A stretch of 30,089 nt of DNA, from positions 1-30,089 of the forward strand of contig JAYUVP010000347.1 of the NCBI GenBank assembly GCA_043753995.1. Direction: 5' to 3'. The translations under genes were made by a program, and so were the position numbers. Below the pieces are notes generated by a model. That model was not told the origin of the DNA and did no database searches. It worked only from the letters and a program-made list of their open reading frames with translations. This DNA comes from Fibrobacterota bacterium. Lineage in GTDB: Bacteria; Fibrobacterota; Fibrobacteria; UBA11236. Below, piece by piece: positions 1-8,311 of this stretch (the stretch's first letter is position 1; the number at the start of each line of letters is the position of its first letter).

Positions 1-832
1 CGCCAAGCAGGGATTCGGCGACAGCTTGCAAATCCATGTCCAAGGTTGTCCACAAATTTTGGCCGGACTGGGCTTTGATTTCAGGAAGCTCTTCAATCGG
101 CTCAATGACTTTTCCAAAGGCATTCACCTTGACATAGCGAACACCATCGCGCCCCCGGAATGCGCTTTCATATACGCGCTCCAAGCCTTTTCTGCCGATT
201 CGATCCCCCCGCTGATAAAGCAAGCTATCCTCAGGTTTTCCCGATTTGCGTAATGCAATCAGCTCGTCTTCCTTCACTTCGTCCATATAGCCGAGCACGT
301 GTGAGGCCGCTTTGCCGAAGGGGTAGCTTCTCCGCGACTCCACCACGACCGAAACACCCGGCAATTCCAATTGATGCTCTTCGATTTGAGCCACGACCTC
401 CATCGGTGCATCTTCGAGGATGACCAAGGGCTGAAACTTTCGCCAGCGCGCCCGGGCCAAACTCCAGGACACTAAACTTGAATCGAAAATTGGCTGCCCT
501 AATGAATCGGTGAATAAGGCCAAGGTCGCCTTCACCTGGGCCTCGCTCTTGATTTGAGTTGGCAATAATGCGATTTGATACGAAGGACGGTTTCCGGCAA
601 TCACTTTGCCATGCCGGTCGTATATCAACCCACGCGAGGACTTGACCACCTGCACCCGAACGCTGTTTTGCAAAGAAAGCTTCTCGTGATAACTTCCTCG
701 CGTGATTTGCAAATAGAAGAGCCGCGAAGCCAATCCCATAAAGGCCAACAAAAAAATCAAAAGCAAGCGCGTGCCAGCGATTTGCCGGTGTAGCCGCTCA
801 TCTAATGGGTGGGTATGCTTTGTATAAGCCAT
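1..832 (-). CDS. mrdA: Penicillin-binding protein 2 (5' part; runs off the window edge)
   Basis: Not in the ORF track because it has no stop inside the window. Manual translation from ATG 832 is open to base 1: MAYTKHTHPLDERLHRQIAGTRLLLIFLLAFMGLASRLFYLQI...SRGLIYDRHGKVIAGNRPSY...ESRRSYPFGKAASHVLGY...IGRKGLERVYESAFRGRDG...GQNLWTTLDMDLQ. These are class B PBP dimerisation-domain motifs, and the gene follows mreBCD. Confidence 0.95.
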   Translation of the reverse strand, partial: MAYTKHTHPLDERLHRQIAGTRLLLIFLLAFMGLASRLFYLQITRGSYHEKLSLQNSVRVQVVKSSRGLIYDRHGKVIAGNRPSYQIALLPTQIKSEAQVKATLALFTDSLGQPIFDSSLVSWSLARARWRKFQPLVILEDAPMEVVAQIEEHQLELPGVSVVVESRRSYPFGKAASHVLGYMDEVKEDELIALRKSGKPEDSLLYQRGDRIGRKGLERVYESAFRGRDGVRYVKVNAFGKVIEPIEELPEIKAQSGQNLWTTLDMDLQAVAESLLG

Positions 833-835
833 ACC

Positions 836-1315
836 CTATCCTTCAGGCAAGCGTGATTTGCCCGGTCCCAGGGTATAAACCAAGGCGGCTACCAGGAGAG
901 TGTATATCAGGCTGGGTAAGGATATTTTCAAGAAAGCCTGGCCATAGGCTCCGCCACCAAAGCCTGCGGCCCACAGATAAATAAGATCATGAATCAAAAA
1001 TCCGCCCCCAAGAATTAGGACCTTGGTCGCGGGCATGATTTTAACCATTCGCTCGTCCATCCAGCCGACTAGATAGCCTGTTATACATTTTGCCAAAGAA
1101 TTTGCACCAAGGGTTTCAATGGCATAAACGTCTTGAACCAACCCAATCAGCAATCCGCCAAAAAGGCCGTAGAGTGAACCATATCGCAAAGAAACCGCAA
1201 CGAGGGCGATGAGCACCAAATCAGGACGCGCCCCTTGCAATGCTGCCAGGCGAATCAATGTTTGCTGTAAAACAAGAGCCAATATCAACCATGAGAATGC
1301 CTTAAGGAAGCGCAT
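836..1315 (-). CDS. mreD: Rod shape-determining protein MreD
   Basis: Hydrophobic multi-TM protein with RPDLVLIALV and GLVQDV motifs, lying between mreC and mrdA. Start placed at ATG 1315, just after the mreC TAA. Ends in TAG (836-838). Confidence 0.92.
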   Translation of the reverse strand: MRFLKAFSWLILALVLQQTLIRLAALQGARPDLVLIALVAVSLRYGSLYGLFGGLLIGLVQDVYAIETLGANSLAKCITGYLVGWMDERMVKIMPATKVLILGGGFLIHDLIYLWAAGFGGGAYGQAFLKISLPSLIYTLLVAALVYTLGPGKSRLPEG

Positions 1316-1316
1316 T

Positions 1317-2144
1317 TTACAAGCCCCCCTGTATGACATAACTAGCCTGATGAATCAGGACGAAAACCTCTTCAACTAGTCCAGGATTCTCACTGGGATT
1401 TACCTTGGCCAGGGTCAAAATATCCCCCTGATCCGGGTCGGGATCAGGGGGCCCATCCACAATGCCCACAAGCAATCCCTTAGGAAATACACCGCCAAGT
1501 CCTGAAGTAATCAGGGTATCCCCTGCCACGACATCGCTGCCAATGGAAAATCGCGCTGCAAGCTTTCCGGCACGGTAAAACTCCAATAATCCCCTGGCAC
1601 GAGAGCGACTCACCATAATTGCAGCTCTGAAATTGGGATCCGTAACCAATTGAACCAAACTGTGATTCAGATAGGCTTTAACGACTTTACCAACGACTCC
1701 ACGCGAAGTCAGAATTGGCATATTCACCGCAATGGAATCGGAAAGACCCAAATTGATTACCCAAGTTGTCGCGAATCGCGATGGCTGTTCGGCAATTACC
1801 AAGGCCTTCTTTAGCCGCCATGTAGACGTATCCGACCAGGAGCTCAATTCCAACTGGCGAGGTAAAGCAGAAAGCTTTTGCTTTAAAAAGTCCGATTCAA
1901 CTCGAAGCCTGGCATTTTCCGTTTTCAGCGTCTCATGTTCGGAAAAGACTTCGATACTGCGATTGACTACGGAAAGCGAAAGCTGAGCGGGATATAAAAA
2001 TGTGCTAATAATCACATCATGAAAAGTCTGCTTGCCTTGGCGGTTCATATTGAGCAAAACAAGACTGAAAATCACACATAGTATCAGGGACACGATACCG
2101 CGTCCCATCGCAAATAACCGCATTAACCAATCAAATACACTCAC
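1317..2144 (-). CDS. mreC: Rod shape-determining protein MreC
   Basis: N-terminal TM, coiled coil (LKTENARLRVE), GVVGKV and GDTLITSGLGGVFPKGLLVG motifs. GTG start. Confidence 0.95.
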   Translation of the reverse strand: MSVFDWLMRLFAMGRGIVSLILCVIFSLVLLNMNRQGKQTFHDVIISTFLYPAQLSLSVVNRSIEVFSEHETLKTENARLRVESDFLKQKLSALPRQLELSSWSDTSTWRLKKALVIAEQPSRFATTWVINLGLSDSIAVNMPILTSRGVVGKVVKAYLNHSLVQLVTDPNFRAAIMVSRSRARGLLEFYRAGKLAARFSIGSDVVAGDTLITSGLGGVFPKGLLVGIVDGPPDPDPDQGDILTLAKVNPSENPGLVEEVFVLIHQASYVIQGGL

Positions 2145-2201
2145 GTGGCCAGGCTCGACCTGAAATCCATGCCATGGAACGGCGGAAAGGCCATCCTCCT
2201 A

Positions 2202-3224
2202 TTAGCCGCTGGAATCCATTAGCACTTTGTAATACTTGTCGAGATTTTCAAGTATTCTGGCCGTGCCCTTGCAGACACAAATCATCGGATCATCAATGAC
2301 ATTGACGGGTAAATTCGTCTCTTGCCTTAGTAATTCGTCCAAGCCTCGCAGCTGCGATCCACCGCCAGTCATTACTATGCCCTTGTCGAGAATATCGGCA
2401 GAAAGCTCTGGTGGGGTCTGTTCCAAGGCTCGCTTCACTGCCTCGACAATGGCATTCACGGGTTCTGCCAAAGCCTCTCGGATTTCCGCGCTAGTGATTT
2501 TCAAGGTATGGGGGATGCCTGCCATCAAATCCCTGCCCTTGACCTCCATCTCTAGTTCTTGCTCCAATGGATAAGCCGAGCCAATCTGCATTTTGATTTT
2601 TTCGGCCATGCTTTCGCCGATTAGCAGGTTGTAATTCTTCTTCAAATAGTTGATGATGGCATCATCCATTTCGTCGCCACCGATGCGAACCGAAGCATCA
2701 CAGACAATGCCATACAATGCAATCACGGCGATTTCCGAAGTTCCGCCACCAATGTCGATGATCATGTTGCCGCTGGGATCTTCCACGGGGATGCCCATCC
2801 CGATAGCCGCCGCCATGGGTTCGGCTACCAAATGAACTTCCCGCGCTCCTGCCTTATGTGCGGCATCCAAGACGGCACGCTTTTCAACTTCCGTTATTCC
2901 GGAAGGTACGCCAATGACAATTCGCGGCCTAAGAAAGAAAAGCGGATACTTCTGTGCAATGTGAATCAGCCTGGTTAAAAGGCTTTCCACAAGCTGGAAG
3001 TCGGCAATCACCCCGTCCTTCATGGGTCGAACAGCCACGACCTCACCGGGGGTTCGGCCAAGCATGCGCTTGGCTTCCGACCCAATGGCTAAAACTTTTT
3101 TCGTCCGGCGGTCGACAGCCACCACGGACGGTTCATTGATGACAATACCTCGGCCACTTACGTGAACTAGGGTGTTTGCAGTCCCCAGATCAATGCCGAT
3201 GTCGCTAGAAAGAAAGCCGAACAA
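2202..3224 (-). CDS. mreB: Actin-like rod shape-determining protein MreB
   Basis: DIGIDLGTANTLV, EPSVVA, RPMKDGVIADF, DIGGGTSE and GIVMTGGGS motifs. TTG start with a GGAGGAGG Shine-Dalgarno upstream. Confidence 0.98.
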   Translation of the reverse strand: MFGFLSSDIGIDLGTANTLVHVSGRGIVINEPSVVAVDRRTKKVLAIGSEAKRMLGRTPGEVVAVRPMKDGVIADFQLVESLLTRLIHIAQKYPLFFLRPRIVIGVPSGITEVEKRAVLDAAHKAGAREVHLVAEPMAAAIGMGIPVEDPSGNMIIDIGGGTSEIAVIALYGIVCDASVRIGGDEMDDAIINYLKKNYNLLIGESMAEKIKMQIGSAYPLEQELEMEVKGRDLMAGIPHTLKITSAEIREALAEPVNAIVEAVKRALEQTPPELSADILDKGIVMTGGGSQLRGLDELLRQETNLPVNVIDDPMICVCKGTARILENLDKYYKVLMDSSG

Positions 3225-3346
3225 AAGGTAGACCCTCCTCCGTGTGACCGTAAAAGTGAAAAACTACAAAAAGCCCCAAGTGAGCTTACCATTTTGACAG
3301 GAAATAACCAAGAAAAGCCTTCACATGCCCAAAATAAAGTGTCTTG

Positions 3347-3769
3347 TCAGATTGAACCTGAAGGTGATGCAGTAAACTTTTGAGGTATGTGCTTCAATTC
3401 CACTTCATAACGCTCCCAAGACTTTGCACTACGCTTGAATCGGTACTTCCGTATCTGACAGAGATTAATATCGGGCTCTAAATAAAAATAGACGATGACG
3501 GCCTTGGCTTGAAAAACCATGGCCGTGTCTCCATGAAATTCTTGGAATTCATCAATGATATAGTATGGTTTGGCCAAAATCGATGCTTTTGCGGTTGCAG
3601 GCAAATCAGCCACAATTATTTTGAGGTCGGCCTCCGCACCTTCATCCAAGCTCTGATGCAAGAATTCTGAACTCGCCATGCATCCCAGAATTAGGCACAG
3701 TGAAGTCGCAATGAATAACCGAGACCAGCCAAGGAGGCGGTAAGATGAAAACGCAAATAAAGACTGCAT
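3347..3769 (-). CDS. Hypothetical protein, probable lipoprotein
   Basis: 140-aa ORF starting 1 nt after the upstream stop. Hydrophobic N-terminus ending in a lipobox-like LILGC. Confidence 0.7.
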   Translation of the reverse strand: MQSLFAFSSYRLLGWSRLFIATSLCLILGCMASSEFLHQSLDEGAEADLKIIVADLPATAKASILAKPYYIIDEFQEFHGDTAMVFQAKAVIVYFYLEPDINLCQIRKYRFKRSAKSWERYEVELKHIPQKFTASPSGSI

Positions 3770-3770
3770 T

Positions 3771-5060
3771 TTAAAAGGAATACGTCGCCGATATTCTGGA
3801 TATCATATGGTGCTGAGGGCGGGAAAGCAGGCTTCCAAAGGTGTATAAAATGTCTTCCGCGAGTGTCGCATCAATTTTCAACTTTTCCTCGATATTCAAG
3901 CCAATGCCAAATCCAACATGGTCATTGGGAGACATGTCGCCGGTTGGATTACTGTAGTAGTATCCGTATTTATCACCCGCCAATGGCCCATCGGTTTCCA
4001 TATAGCCAATCACTTTTTGTCCACCTACCCGCAAAACCAACCAATCCCACCAAACATTGCGTTCGATGCCGAAACCAATAAGGGCACCCGACAACATGGA
4101 TTCACTGCCTAAACCTGCTCGATCACTTCTATAAACGGTTTTGCCCTCAGATTCGAACCAATCACTCTTTACATGATCTAAAAGGCCTTGGACTCCCAGC
4201 CAAAAAAAGCCACGATCCAAGGAAACGTTTGCACCGATACCAAGGCGAAAATGTTGCCCCTCCAAACCAGGGGCTTCCAAATGGCTGTAGGAAAAGATCG
4301 GGACTAATTCGCCGTTAATAATCTCAAGGGTTGAAAAGGCACGCGCTTTCACGAAATAGGAAAATTTATCCTCTATACTTTGAGGCCCAAAGCCAATCAT
4401 GGCCACTCCACCGGATAGCTCAGCGTCAATATTTCTTGCCACGGGCCAATTGGCACCTAGGTCAAATTTTGCGACAGTGACTCTCATCCCTGCGTCAGGG
4501 GTCACGGATTTCCGACCATCCCCCAAGTCCGCGCCTTCTTGATTAGCGATATATATATGGCTTCCCAGCATCCCACCATTTCCCAAGGTCATGCCTAAAA
4601 AGCCATCGAAATTGGTGGCAGGCTGAGGAACTAAATGGCCATCGGCACTGTCAGGGATCAAAGCAAATAACTCGGTGTCCTTACGATTAAAGGCACCACC
4701 AAGACTGATTTGGGGGTAAAGACTAGGGTTTTCTCGATTTTTACCTAGTGAATAACTGAATATTCCTCCGAACCAACTATTCGCCGGATCCATATTCATG
4801 GGCTTATCGCCATTTTTGGCATCTTGGGCCGAATCTTGGCTATAGGTCCCCATCTCACCGATAAGAAAATTCGGGAAAATATTCATGTTTGCAGGATTTT
4901 CGAAAATGGAAACGTCATCCATGAAAAAATCCGGGCGCTTACCCATGGATTCAACACGAGAATAGGTGGCCCAGGTCGAATTCGCGAGCAATAACAAGAT
5001 TACGCCGCTCAAAGACATTATGGTTCTTGAAAGCGCCGGAAACTTGGGAAATCGAAACAT
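3771..5060 (-). CDS. Outer-membrane beta-barrel protein (FadL/PorV-like N-terminal motif)
   Basis: ATG 5060 with a GGAGG RBS (the ORF-track extension overlaps a terminator). Signal peptide, SIFENPANM motif, amphipathic strands and C-terminal beta-signal RISATYSF. Confidence 0.75.
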   Translation of the reverse strand: MFRFPKFPALSRTIMSLSGVILLLLANSTWATYSRVESMGKRPDFFMDDVSIFENPANMNIFPNFLIGEMGTYSQDSAQDAKNGDKPMNMDPANSWFGGIFSYSLGKNRENPSLYPQISLGGAFNRKDTELFALIPDSADGHLVPQPATNFDGFLGMTLGNGGMLGSHIYIANQEGADLGDGRKSVTPDAGMRVTVAKFDLGANWPVARNIDAELSGGVAMIGFGPQSIEDKFSYFVKARAFSTLEIINGELVPIFSYSHLEAPGLEGQHFRLGIGANVSLDRGFFWLGVQGLLDHVKSDWFESEGKTVYRSDRAGLGSESMLSGALIGFGIERNVWWDWLVLRVGGQKVIGYMETDGPLAGDKYGYYYSNPTGDMSPNDHVGFGIGLNIEEKLKIDATLAEDILYTFGSLLSRPQHHMISRISATYSF

Positions 5061-5081
5061 GCAAACCTCCCGATAAAACCT

Positions 5082-5118
5082 AAAAAAAGAAAACCCCAGG
5101 CGATTGCCCAGGGTTTTC
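5082..5118 (-). terminator. Rho-independent terminator after the TonB-like gene
   Basis: Minus-strand RNA GAAAACCCUGGGC-AAUC-GCCUGGGGUUUUC (13-bp stem including 2 G-U pairs) followed by U7. Confidence 0.8.
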
Positions 5119-5137
5119 AAATTTACAAAGGACGATA

Positions 5138-6127
5138 TTACTCGGAGAAAGTGAACGGAACGGTCACGACATCATTGGCTTTACCCTTGATGGGCTCGAA
5201 GCGCCAAGACCTAACCTTGTTCTGAATTTCCGAATCAAAATCGCTGACGCCCGTGGTGCTACCGGCAATATCGAGTTGCACAATAGAACCGCTGGGTGCG
5301 ATGGAGAATCGAAGGGTCACCTTACCCTTGAATCCAGGATGAAGCTTCAAATACTTGTTATACGTATGACGCAATCCAGGAGTATGCTGGCGAATCACAC
5401 GTAAAATGGACTCCGTCGAGCGTTGACCGCTTTCTTGACCCATGTCGATATCAGAAGCAGAAGGGGCTTTAAGCCCCAAGCCACCTTTGGCTTTAACGCC
5501 AAGAGGTCCGGCATCTCCACCCCAAAGACCGCCAAGTAAATCATCAACACCACCGGAACCACCGACGGCATAACCATCATTCCAACCGCCATCTGCTTTA
5601 CCGCGACGAGCACCAAGGCGGGTTTGGCCCGACTTGGTGAGACCAGAGGTGTTATTGATCACCTTGTCTAAATCACGGGAAAACTTTTGGTTTAACAAGT
5701 CATAGCTGCTCAAGGAAGAGTTCGACGACTTGGAGGAAATGACTTTCAATGCTGCTTGAGTGATAGGCGCATTTGGAATACCGCGACCACGCGGCTTTCC
5801 GCCACCACCAGCACGCTTACGCGGTTTGGGCGGAGCGTTCTTCTTTTCTTTTTTCTTCTCTTCCGCTTTTTCCACGTCCTTCAGATTCATGACAACCTTG
5901 GCGGTGTCAGGACCTTTATTGGTGTATTGAAGCGAAACGGGAATAATCACCGAAGTGGTCATGACATAAGCCATCATGCCAACACCAATGAGAGAAAAAA
6001 CGCCCACGAATTTGGCGAGTCTTGCATCGCTTTCAACTTCAAACTTGGCAATGAAAGGATCTTTGCCAGGCTTTCCTGAATTCATCATAGGCGGCATCAT
6101 TTGCGGGGAGTTCATATCCATGGACAT
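5138..6127 (-). CDS. TonB-like energy transducer with AgmX/PglI-type C-terminal domain (GltG/GltJ-like)
   Basis: Single TM, Lys/Pro-rich then Gly-rich linker. C-terminal domain RSTESILRVIRQHTPGLRHTYNKYLKLHPGFKGKVTLRFSIAPSG...VRSWRF...VTVPFTF. ATG 6127 preferred on GAGGAGG spacing. Confidence 0.82.
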   Translation of the reverse strand: MSMDMNSPQMMPPMMNSGKPGKDPFIAKFEVESDARLAKFVGVFSLIGVGMMAYVMTTSVIIPVSLQYTNKGPDTAKVVMNLKDVEKAEEKKKEKKNAPPKPRKRAGGGGKPRGRGIPNAPITQAALKVISSKSSNSSLSSYDLLNQKFSRDLDKVINNTSGLTKSGQTRLGARRGKADGGWNDGYAVGGSGGVDDLLGGLWGGDAGPLGVKAKGGLGLKAPSASDIDMGQESGQRSTESILRVIRQHTPGLRHTYNKYLKLHPGFKGKVTLRFSIAPSGSIVQLDIAGSTTGVSDFDSEIQNKVRSWRFEPIKGKANDVVTVPFTFSE

Positions 6128-6132
6128 GCTAA

Positions 6133-6618
6133 TCAACCCTCCTCATTGCGACGGGTAACCGCAAACTTGATATTGTTGTAACCCGCGTAACCAGCCGTTG
6201 CCATCACCTTGGTCACGATGTCATAGGGAGTATTTTTATCAAATTGAACCACGACTTTGCCCGTAGCTTCCTTGATAATCCCCAAGACCTCGGCCTTGCG
6301 TTCTTCTTCACGCTTCTTCAAAAGAACATCCAAAACCGGCTTTACAATCAGGCTGTCCTGTTTGCGAACTTCCGGGGTGGAAGCCTAAACTTGGTCATCC
6401 ACGGTAATGTTCTTTTGATCGCCCACTATGGTTAATGAAACCTCAGTTGGCGACTTTGCCCTTGCAGACATGGGCAAAACCAAGTTGTCTGCCGAGGTCA
6501 AAAGATTGCCCTCAGCTGAAATGGTGCGAAGCAAAAAGACAAGCACGATAACGAACACGTCGATGAGCGACGTGATGATAAGTGCAGCTTCTTCCTGACG
6601 TTTGATTTTACGTGCCAT
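6133..6618 (-). pseudogene. ExbD/TolR family protein interrupted by one in-frame TAG at 6385-6387 (codon 78 of 161)
   Basis: The ORFs 6385-6618 and 6133-6333 share one frame: ...LIITSLIDVFVIVLVFLL...NITVDDQV*ASTPEVRKQDSLIVKPVLDVLLKK...VVVQFDKNTPYDIVTKVMATAGYAGYNNIKFAV. Joined, they make a full-length ExbD. Confidence 0.88.
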
Positions 6619-7427
6619 TAGGCTTCACCTCCAACAAGGGAGAGCGAGACGCGATCAAAACCAGCCGATTTAGCTGCATCCATCACTTGAATGACTTTGT
6701 CGTAAATGATGTCGCCATCAGCGAGCACTACGATATCATCCACATCGGGAGGCAAAGGATCGACCTGGCTATAACGCTTGTGGATGGATTCAAGGGTCTT
6801 GGCTAATTCCTGATACGCGGAAAGTTTCTCAACCTTACACAACTTCATGGTCGGTGGGTCAAGGCGCAACAAGGTTTCCAAGCCAACTACGCGGTAATAG
6901 GCGCCAACTTCAGGCATCTGGGTATACCAGTTGCTAGCAGTATCAAGCAAGTAATCGCCTTCGCTATTCATAACGCCATACTGGTAGGTGCCAGGATCAG
7001 ACGAGTCCTTCTTCACAATGACGTTCAAGAAAATGGTTTCCCTTTCTTGGGGCGACATCTCCTTGCCGTCGGTCGGAGACTTCACAACTTCTCCAGCTGT
7101 CCAGAGCTTGCGAAATACCTTTTGATCGGACCGTGAGCGATACTCCACTTCCTCCTGGTAATACGTCGTAGGCTGAAAGCCACCGCCAGCACCAATCGTG
7201 AGGCCTTTATTAGTGACGATAACCGTGAGATTGAGTAAACCCTCATCCGGCGGCTGATTTTGCTCGGCCTGTGAAGGACCGCGCTCTGGCAACCATAGTT
7301 CCAGGATTCCAAGCTTCTCAAAGGTGGCCATCGAAATAACGACAGTCACCAGAATTGAGAAAAGACTCATGACCGGGAGGAGGTCAAGTTCTTTCGCCTT
7401 GTGGCCTTTTATGGATGATTTTTTCAT
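6618..7427 (-). CDS. ExbD/TolR family protein with a large periplasmic insertion
   Basis: N-terminal TM (ELDLLPVMSLFSILV) and C-terminal ExbD fold (IVVLADGDIIYDKVIQVMDAAKSAGFDRVSLS). 269 aa. TAATG overlap with the next gene. Confidence 0.85.
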   Translation of the reverse strand: MKKSSIKGHKAKELDLLPVMSLFSILVTVVISMATFEKLGILELWLPERGPSQAEQNQPPDEGLLNLTVIVTNKGLTIGAGGGFQPTTYYQEEVEYRSRSDQKVFRKLWTAGEVVKSPTDGKEMSPQERETIFLNVIVKKDSSDPGTYQYGVMNSEGDYLLDTASNWYTQMPEVGAYYRVVGLETLLRLDPPTMKLCKVEKLSAYQELAKTLESIHKRYSQVDPLPPDVDDIVVLADGDIIYDKVIQVMDAAKSAGFDRVSLSLVGGEA

Positions 7428-7485
7428 GGTAATCCTAGTTCAGGGTGAAGGCCCACCTTCAAGGCGGACCTAAAACGCTTCTGAC

Positions 7486-8097
7486 TTAGAGGAGATTCAT
7501 CACCTTGACGGCCTTTTCTTCCAGCTCTTCCTGAAGGCGCTCGCTTTGCATGGCAAGAATACCGTGCAGGAGCAAAATCGGGATTGCGACAGCAAGACCA
7601 GTCCAGGTGTTCACCATAACGATGGCAATACCGTTGGCCAAAGCCTGGGGACGTTGCGCGGCAGGGAGATTGGCCACAGCGTCGAATGCCAAGATTAGTC
7701 CGAAAATGGTGCCCAGAAGGCCGCAAAGCATGGCGATATTGGCCAAGGCGGGCAACAAGTTCAAATAACGGTTCATACGGGGAGCTTCGGTCAGGTAAAC
7801 TTCATCCACGGCCTTTTCAATGGCCTGTTGGCCCTTGGCCTTGTTTTGCAAAACGGCAGAGATAATTTTGGCAAGAGCAAAATTTTGCGTTGCAGCCAAA
7901 TGTCCAGCTTCAGCAACACGTCCGGTTTGCAGGAGTTGAGCAATATTGCGCATGAAATTAGCGCGGCCCATGCTGTTTTTTACAAATATGTAGAGAAAAC
8001 GTTCGGCGATAATGGCAAAAGCCACGAGTCCAAGCGTTAAGATCAAGGTCATGTAGTAGCGACCTTCACCTTCGAAGCCTTTAAGAATGAGTTCCAT
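7486..8097 (-). CDS. MotA/TolQ/ExbB proton channel protein (AglR-like)
   Basis: Three TM segments, AIIAERF, AMLCGLLGTIFGLILAF and NTWTGLAVAIP motifs. GAGGGA RBS. Confidence 0.92.
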   Translation of the reverse strand: MELILKGFEGEGRYYMTLILTLGLVAFAIIAERFLYIFVKNSMGRANFMRNIAQLLQTGRVAEAGHLAATQNFALAKIISAVLQNKAKGQQAIEKAVDEVYLTEAPRMNRYLNLLPALANIAMLCGLLGTIFGLILAFDAVANLPAAQRPQALANGIAIVMVNTWTGLAVAIPILLLHGILAMQSERLQEELEEKAVKVMNLL

Positions 8098-8311
8098 GAT
8101 TATCCCTCTCTGAAGGAATGTGGGTGGTGTGGGGGTTTGTGGAAATCTACTGAGGGTACGTTCGCTAGCAGTCCGGACTGGCCGTCGGTGCTTTAAATCG
8201 TACCATCGAGGTATTTGTTTCCTAAAATAGCGTGTCGTCGCAAGACAGGCACCCCATTTTTCGGATAAGGTTTAATGAATATGGTTTTTAGGGGGAAAGA
8301 ATACTTTACCC

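Noticed and set aside
26..793. Short plus-strand ORFs over the first 800 nt
   Set aside because: They are antisense shadows of mrdA, which the ORF track missed because it has no stop in the window.
2141..2194. 17-codon ORF between mreB and mreC overlapping the mreC GTG
   Set aside because: The AGGAGG abuts its ATG with no spacing, and nothing else supports translation.
6133..6333. 66-aa ORF as an independent gene
   Set aside because: It is the in-frame C-terminal part of the interrupted ExbD.
7424..7726. 100-aa alternate-frame ORF overlapping the exbB-like gene
   Set aside because: No recognisable features, and it overlaps a well-supported gene.
8240..8256. Possible sigma54 promoter (GG-N10-GC) upstream of the exbB-like gene
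   Set aside because: Poor match to TGGCAC at -24, so it is likely chance.
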